Shown here one piece after another: positions 63,801-64,000 of a stretch of DNA of 64,000 nt (the stretch's first letter is position 1; each line of letters begins with the position of its first letter). Origin of the DNA: Candidatus Omnitrophota bacterium (GTDB taxonomy: Bacteria; Omnitrophota; Gorgyraeia; 2-01-FULL-45-10); the NCBI GenBank assembly GCA_028715345.1, contig JAQUSB010000003.1:2004-66003 (forward strand), written 5' to 3'. The notes below the pieces were generated by a model, which was not told the origin of the DNA, did no database searches, and saw only the letters and a program-made list of their open reading frames with translations. Position numbers and translations under genes: made by a program.

Positions 63801-64000
63801 TGCACCTTCGATACAACCCCTTTACGGTCGAGAGACCACTCGCAAACTTTACCGTGTTTATTCAGAAGCTCCACAAGCTGTTCGCGGCGGCCTTTTTTAA
63901 CAACAAAAATACTGTATCCGCCGCCGCCTGTTCCTATCGAACTGGCGCCTTCGATGATCTCCCCGGCCTCAGCAATAACGTCATCCAAATAACTGCTGTC
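45890..64000 (-). CDS. Giant multi-domain membrane-associated megaprotein, partial (5' end beyond window); more than 6032 aa in window
   Basis: A single uninterrupted minus-strand frame of about 18.1 kb. Recognisable enzyme-domain motifs are interspersed with hydrophobic helices. See the domain features below. Confidence 0.6.
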   Translation of the reverse strand, partial: DSSYLDDVIAEAGEIIEGASSIGTGGGGYSIFVVKKGRREQLVELLNKHGKVCEWSLDRKGVVSKVHNASLSSLTDKRFLYEWQEVFERFRQDAVKYPGSFETVSFEFTGTPGASMDFALSIPKNLEDGAFENIMRYACTEIYNRIQTRGTTGLEIASTIPGFTNTLRESFNSHFDKDAKPLRTSEMAGKSFGTAGFTISDKTEKEIVKAPAVLGAIRTALPAGKKADVRILGVNFGKMVTKIGVAEVDGKGTYRYLTAPVSIRTCPEGVDPNDMAYLAQRAIEAARVSMRTNGIPDEVLDYIGVSVGLGIIARGDNVLGKPAGQEEKFIPISDKDVASLPRLISAAYPGKPVFTQNDGNMEAHGIGRRFGYKNTLVLKFGNTLSSGFIDENGNYADGINEFSKAVIDMSGGAPVHSMTGVNGWAGAYISWYGISNNARWLGLYNKYKFAETDDVPRILTGWLGSGNAEQRNDAEVVFVNVGKCIAALKRAIENYYNIENVVLSGGVLSGEAGKITAMSANTALGIAEQEVPLVRVVDNDVNTLKYGFLAGLAYFAQDLKSKAVLQQAVAPAPAGPATIRPIGDWWDAKVKPYTGIGYTPEVTAPIVEDLLLRVGIPYGIAAIIQSFFEFSPLINSSISFSLLGVFGVIFTIAHLLNRKNPHIFVPLSVLRKMEDEELIGKALEIQAAGADGIHYDVRDNGYFSNTGRENSNKAYPDNTGQFTPGLINAMKDAGFEKTFDVHLLCWEPTKEYLKGFADTGCVRSIDIQFDSFKDKARLLDAIRYIKSLNIKAGIVLEKDEPVDSIPTAILKEADMIVVSSIETGATGAEADVSQFAKIIEIGRKAPGKEIMVQGGINDTNIAGAYANGASLFVSGTYVLNNKSLSPPRAVRILRNKIAEVPASGSFYHLFIPTLVAISGLVIAYYISNPLLAIAANVAAHSFANTALVPLLGYFRVKVGYGTLGEFPKEGTPKKEVKVFGATFEVNGDIYDKVEFLDGSKYSLQDGAAINGGLLHRLVEKGYITESKYDDTHIPVKNPDVQRDIIAVYRDDKGEIAGFCYIKKYGIGAEAEYVSVREDLEHKGIGKALFAAACERAVRTMPITKIITSASAREIADIAEHSGLRWSGIGNVWVLLDDAIYSEDWFNEYKGHPTIRDLRKDGVGEKAIANLKPFGDLSEHLFASDFDGTLHLSGQPIPASLQRRIAETLDRGGRWAIVTGQRLPKIHEKLRKYEFLKHIKYPGQFYLLGELGGDVGWVDADGNLHAEENNSLRLDEHQRAAAVEKIDAVMGELGLSKYIGKDIQWPSKIEVDHKLSVITINMGNVLAEHTPVLFSRLNEKLSPMGFRLTNNNNQYIDIVLSGKGERVKVHAARFGIETKNITVLGDSGNDFDMLELANEGATAVFVRNNTVQQFPPSLEGKMRFVADPEGLGDMMDERFKLDGPGQEKAKEDGAIAELDNKIFLDSSTGRIGFAGEGAVVENNIDIIAVRHGQTEANLIEGIIGGAADEDINQLTPKGKRQAALGAESLFKQLEDDIVNDNVIILTSTLTRTKDTAAAFTSLVRDRTGKDLTVIRDPLINEKYGGALQNKTLDMLTSEQQAERERYHEYLDAAVRPGGGESVIDLLIRSKAFLEKLNSDPRYIGKKIVMFGHSLQIFSILTLLGDRKVIDNSGQISWGENSIPNAVPMHLPKAYTVQPAVVSSVFSKSQIKALYDSLKTPANAEESLMEIEPYVDDYMPAGLIENLKKGAGIEIHIGLNEQSETMLAERLHSGEFTEVKEVYAASHGTKNERNLTDAKPGSYGEVRGHFYRAITKTGEILYVLAGLHGGTRMAEYIAMLKYKNIPYTSLSILEFKTDYRKLYDETLGRDARGISRAIFVFSPKKFAKALVKRAGNGASFEDFEREGCDHCVVILPDAQRILIMDLDDAYGDQIVGAIDYLVNILSIKDVLFVGLAGGLKGPKNGGSMKIGDMVVYDRILDRENSIVPAPQNSVDVERLRKIFDKIGRRVHVGAGVNVRTITEEKQSDAKIWKASDASFVEIEHLYLAKFLQEHKDVKFGAMVRLTDIPGEKKSGKSLGSVVPSSEKNDEWRAGMAEYLLPELPVAPATLRPIGDLWDKYIKPKTGIGYTPQVTAPIVEDLLLRVGIPYGIAAVVESYFNFTPVVNSSILFASLVVFGAVFTLLHILNERAPPGSEERKPASYHLIIPALVTVTGLTIAYFVSNPIDSILFSIVAHSLINTFLVPYLNERGIDVGYGTLSGREPKHGGSKKVKVFGATFNVKSDIYDKIEFLDGTNHRKGDEEAINKIFHRLVEDGILNEDEYDKIEIPVAQINAKHNVVAVYRDKGGRIVGFCHLGRTGIGAKVKFVAVRKDFEHKGIGKALFAAVCERAAQTMPLTKIITIPEANGTYEIVSNAGFEWSGIKNVWILLDDEVYPEGWFEKNKGRDVLLNLSYDGIGEKAATKRTPSKTSSDAGPVRRAVDWLKRNPLILSIAMIAAASAAQALAYLGVLNGGAANAISMAAMASVWPIPVKGMEGATLDWYRDIPGRREYEARVALRALLEGDADEKIEALMDLHGIINNAPAGLLADFYNYIAKATPAIELLLECAASPNTHLRDLSQGMLYYLMKNKDPIMCGAIAKARVQVEGRYETAISIFFRGLADKDERSRLRSLSMISGLILLGGSEQSEILAELRIKIKGVDKTFIDILEDMISKDDDGDIIKSYDAVAIIVKKGNDALLDMLADSTIPACVMSEKFRRSFVNANKAFAESGGDIGPVVKLCIYIAGLEEPFDIARRESAFGIIGEFARSKNKDIIKEIVSDIDALASFIGRPDETGQFAVALFKDLVGTKEPELLKAIRRPEVCAALKMKREDPSESVRKDIWVILNAIVEGPESPSAPQEGSAMIPALRKWLGDDKARIYQAAIEQSLFWAVNIGLLFVPGLRNLWSVVITWSLFFIAHYVKAKNMPNAPPWYRIAAITAMNAAFITIPTADILYFSNTDITYLLTTPSIIATLYGPLFAVATIIHQFANLAYLDKEAGKPREGRRFFSYSLKALIGLVTITAIVLGGYRAFIDFAKHKKDNVMPERSLEEQLDAVKGRMELNRYGRIAQKITGKDNFGESIKGISIQRQIHDRDLKAFKTMLNDEDPAKRIKAAAGLSAFGHLAEKELIEALEKEADPVVQKELIKALKQNADEKAISALTGKMKNNYAEVRAESARAIGEVYGGDFGLPIQVRPDQDDVLKNAVKILKEALKDNDTEVRAAAAEALGKTAESITKRKYGEYDVESPAIIEDIASALAQARAVEALCGINNRKVEKHLKAIAGESACPPAMRAAAEKALADMKAEENALIEQLKSDDYGKYVDAIRKLAGIGGPNAVSAFMAMLNKVGPEQVREADVVMGTVPMMDDARLFIDIFIKIATDMNDYNRKPSYTRNGERYNATTALERIIEQMGIGGSEENIPYLKKISGNEKLPPELRKSAAEALKAVEAPELSVPRADGPSGKGAYGKAMALPPIERLQCRTIAELDNSQLESLKEIIDNLDEKSPSEIEKALAVIFPSDGPLPAKLNMLFSTMCYIASVSPEFHKILKEAVQSKPIQADTHVTGINLSSNLELAKLKFAVAPDLMIDSARYYDFENNEATIVFNEFFFRLDDIVNEQSFDADAIDGANFVRIERLLHELRHDNNIGSESDEVYEESVIIGEQTLFLWLITQELVTTPGAVGKTTQEKIDILRQYTGAKEAMHESGDFFENVPKWLAIDDARDQGMAITRYVHTRLLKTRYKDALYAKGFASRPAVAAKTPVDRKNAEITLNKLITLRNTKPRRLYDLNNFCRDIKEEHGIPSSDTVSILRDSKVVARGLQGAGGHLAIVWPANGGNKVFCILTAEENYILEEMQRFVWSLAGLRDFTRSFINIHGWSRLFTLLNNGNPEANKVNGQLLAMVIKIEFPNIYGMPKPDSYIDRRTRHLLSAAEVKNILLDMQQYLSMGRPVVLLKEGDGKTLKVTEGSVAEAGSADNGISEILGASGKFIRIRPGTGLMRGRSNPDETEYADWMKKELNRLGLTDDSLIKNISALLVRGRSESLYDCAKDGFMDISDIMLLDRLDRTIDLGGLVRKVKEEAGKYRENTRLPEEKINKLLGRLVPYEDYIASSKLPPRSAISMPQLITALLGFVPPVIAHFAGIDNGGLGFTLIMTAAVYFLSVFWHELGHFIQHPNDPVFDGYGVHIPGSKGWPGIAMSAVAVAILSGALFYHQGSILLISAFMVNAVFMFSKNDLEDTKIRFKIWREKQKNPKVSLADYINSLAISIKILNRIPLIGKRCARFLAESHEMLHASADKDRGSVGIVEEDGRVTGGFYDSADGAYFEHPVRVALAPGIFMTKLSLGISIIGIIILLMLQNTGMDPQHTSKACLTILGIFNLIMLSIIVGNPFDPYNDIRVAWRAWRHGEKIDRVYMGEGRGSKLPLAAADRVRFMLEDELITEEEFDVIAADSLKSNKFPGSAQYPRLIKEEYFGKVKKAEPSSTTKTRWLGSVIARHPIIKRKINIIRAALEYIPGSHDLRRVLALRYGMSEDYNAPMKINRIGAIFGKTEIYGAKRLERALTFFRPLVLGKADEAGRKLKEFAGGLRQGRGWTDPEINRMKQEAEAILKIFPEDDWIARFPLPPPDLMFHQPKVLLAPPPPEPKPLPKPGPKPRVIMQKPVETFPGALSEASIRYAAELLGLDTTPEALARESHRGAWMLAVITEAFSKPADRERLKRAKIFEIGGSGYPCVRELLKTATQSDAVVNIDFQQEKGTGLRVPTITRYYNEYLPEIAALPDARKPELIFSICGVSSDFDSPAGREDWKLICDSVKTGGRLVIRPFMQEEVFGKNEESLKRFTGFLSDNGIEVEKVSVIPYQDIRNARIFALKKIASVTQTGSTALILPSTRARAYELGITEEYKIGWFAARHELIKTLLPITFLRAHLNNTWREELPRGLGIIGIWAGMMITMSICVRALSAAWGFDPYAGLVISVVPALVINFFVHGIYNTFAIRFGFASLTLEYAADSPITIENMNENSAGIVDMVFKEAVDEMGANKIDHSTRAKIYLQSGKRGLIIRDGHKPVGFILYNEYKKHKIVMDSFCLRYNYCSGYACTKVMRTVKERFASEGHTYAQVEINGRSRAIKDLLLNNGFTRYSPTDGPRMVMTLDLVQVRRKMELEADLVKIRSGSEYEPAASPAKPEKDFEVSNLNQEYYPEIEDIENRAEPVDGNYRMDKQAYADATRNVRIRLGGVALYDGKVVGAIVYDLNKGYIGIVRIIVDPDYKGCGVEEALIKKWLLERMAGRSRIEMTVNELDVDAWKALEAIGFKKEGVARNKFVVTGKTKGLRRELDGYRMVYRVEKKIAPGLHQNERGEVKASFLILAGIAAGIVLYNWPAIKMFLANLPYGPALAMAGLCISAVATVWLGGKGDERKPAITTTETGPLKTLTNLPPPKKGHGKYRIVVTCNANIYRSPLLQFAIQDYIDRNGWHDYFEVVSAGSSELITLNKKPAPALGRNIYYYDPGLNGLRRDIVAELNTDQFLSDKLVEFYANLKTVRLLDEQEIRDADVIIRAETDRSSVDPRDLQFTRFLPEENEFFGQKVPDLGEGEAVNKHRYLYELYSQTLDAGEVQGALGRAIEHIAKVMRLTDKPEGFVVGIPEVSSYRAAGRVKIIKDVLGENCSVETAKTADEFISRKRTGRQVCLFVDDAMTDADLASALAEILITNYKGALVAEDIDSEGRGHIRRIVNALIGDIEDMEPAEIFGMALDRITQTPSMRERVEGLRPMVADHILKLNESSLYNNRSIVKDAVSAGKRAGVVITEKVALNNPTFADGVAQIIAAGGEVSFLYGKDIATKERAEAFLAGAGCSAENIKKIRLVENNADGRAKNIEEIESEISAGLPQGLSMSNISIVSASGELSGAATYMKTLEVKEVTVAGKRVLAAVNSEKVAYRVALMDKVPENSMALDSEIPGLYYDSTAKKYTYLPPVVPKNIGEEVEIYRSAMILLSSAA
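47150..47560 (-). other. Domain of giant protein: low-molecular-weight protein tyrosine phosphatase / ArsC-like
   Basis: P-loop VVTCNANIYRS (CX5R-S; DNA 47521-47565). Confidence 0.55.
49250..49750 (-). other. Domain of giant protein: class I SAM-dependent methyltransferase-like
   Basis: Motif I IFEIGGSGYP (DNA 49691-49720). Preceded by the proline-rich linker PPPPEPKPLPKPGPKP (about 49910-49970). Confidence 0.45.
50990..51395 (-). other. Domain of giant protein: membrane-embedded HExxH motifs (site-2-protease/M50-like)
   Basis: VFWHELGHFIQHP (DNA 51343-51395) inside a hydrophobic helix. Second HExxH, AESHEMLHA, about 100 aa downstream (DNA 51006-51035). Confidence 0.4.
53300..54700 (-). other. 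Domain of giant protein: HEAT/ARM-like alpha-helical repeat region (PBS-lyase HEAT-like)
   Basis: Repeats of the type DPAKRIKAAAGLSAFGH, DNDTEVRAAAAEALGK (DNA 54193-54240), AEVRAESARAIGEV. Confidence 0.5.
56850..57100 (-). other. Domain of giant protein: GNAT acetyltransferase copy 2 (copy 1 at about 60700-61000; further GNAT-like domains at about 48560-48700 and 48050-48250)
   Basis: Shared motif FEHKGIGKALFAA (GNAT motif A) in both duplicated modules. Further GNAT-like segments contain YKGCGVEEALI. Confidence 0.55.
58950..59550 (-). other. Domain of giant protein: histidine phosphatase (phosphoglycerate mutase-like) fold
   Basis: RHG motif IIAVRHGQTEANL (DNA 59511-59550). Downstream GHSLQI supplies a second catalytic His. 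Confidence 0.5.
59750..60470 (-). other. Domain of giant protein: HAD-superfamily phosphatase (Cof/sucrose-phosphatase-like)
   Basis: Motif I SDFDGTL (DNA 60426-60460). Motif III/IV GDSGNDFDMLE (DNA 59821-59860). Confidence 0.6.
61400..61950 (-). other. Domain of giant protein: ribulose-phosphate 3-epimerase / hexulose-phosphate-type TIM barrel-like
   Basis: FDVHLLCWEP (DNA 61741-61775), then MVQGGINDTN...LFVSGT, resembling the RPE family DxHLM and VDGG motifs. Confidence 0.45.
62300..63988 (-). other. Domain of giant protein: GHMP-kinase C-terminal-like and ROK/glucokinase-like sugar kinase region
   Basis: GTGGGGYSIFVV (DNA about 63920-63950). ROK-like NDGNMEAHG (DNA 62897-62930) and LSGGVLSGEAG. 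Confidence 0.45.

Noticed and set aside
1-64000. Numerous 60-300 aa ORFs on the plus strand (for example 2834-3394, 6640-7299, 21784-22710, 30842-31657, 55272-56060).
   Set aside because: All are fully embedded antisense within long minus-strand genes with clear domain content. They have low-complexity or Arg/Ser-rich translations and no recognisable motifs, so they are treated as spurious.
1-64000. Mobile elements, integrases, transposases, phage genes.
   Set aside because: No translation shows a DDE/HTH transposase, tyrosine or serine recombinase, or phage structural signatures. The giant genes are chromosomal-type, not IS-related.

Overview
This 64 kb window appears to come from an uncultivated bacterium; the giant genes suggest Omnitrophota or a similar lineage, but that is inference. 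All roughly 35 predicted genes are on the minus strand and tightly packed, with ATGA and TAATG start/stop overlaps. I found no rRNA, tRNA, CRISPR array, transposase or integrase. Reading minus-strand order (high to low coordinate), the window holds four blocks.

1. 45890-64000: the 3' 18 kb of one giant gene (more than 6032 codons, 5' end outside the window). It encodes a mosaic of many small-molecule enzyme domains separated by transmembrane segments, and it contains a large internal tandem duplication.
2. 13484-45656: a glycan-processing locus. It includes:
- a 1883-aa secreted protein carrying a phosphoglucose-isomerase-like domain;
- three paralogous (alpha/alpha)6 glycosidase-like secreted proteins (GH144/DUF3131-like);
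- four paralogous CBM-like beta-sandwich domains;
- a cytoplasmic GH94 phosphorylase;
- a 2043-aa protein that fuses an N-terminal periplasmic domain and a roughly 20-helix membrane domain to a C-terminal GH94 domain, with no recognisable GT84 domain, so it is not a canonical cyclic glucan synthase;
- regulatory, transport and outer-membrane components: a solute-binding lipoprotein, two ABC permeases, an outer-membrane protein, a TPR protein, a two-component system and a ROK regulator.
3. 9911-13460: housekeeping genes. These are the protease HtpX, a MetE/UroD-like methyltransferase, and the archaeal-type polyamine pair PdaD plus agmatinase.
4. 1-9470: a [NiFe]-hydrogenase cluster. The maturation genes are hypC, hypD, hypE and a hypF reduced to its C-terminal carbamoyltransferase domain. 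They are followed by a group-4-like membrane hydrogenase core (NuoH-like, NuoB-like small subunit, NuoC-like, and a large subunit cut by the window start), which sits next to a sulfhydrogenase-type NAD(P)H module (HydB/HydG-like) and ferredoxins.

Three non-coding elements stand out:
- a 26-nt perfect palindrome present in three copies, whose stems covary;
- a 440-bp intergenic region upstream of the hyp genes packed with GAAAATTTTC-type palindromes;
- a tandem 52-bp repeat with hairpins.

All product calls rest on motif-level reading of the translations; no database search was possible.
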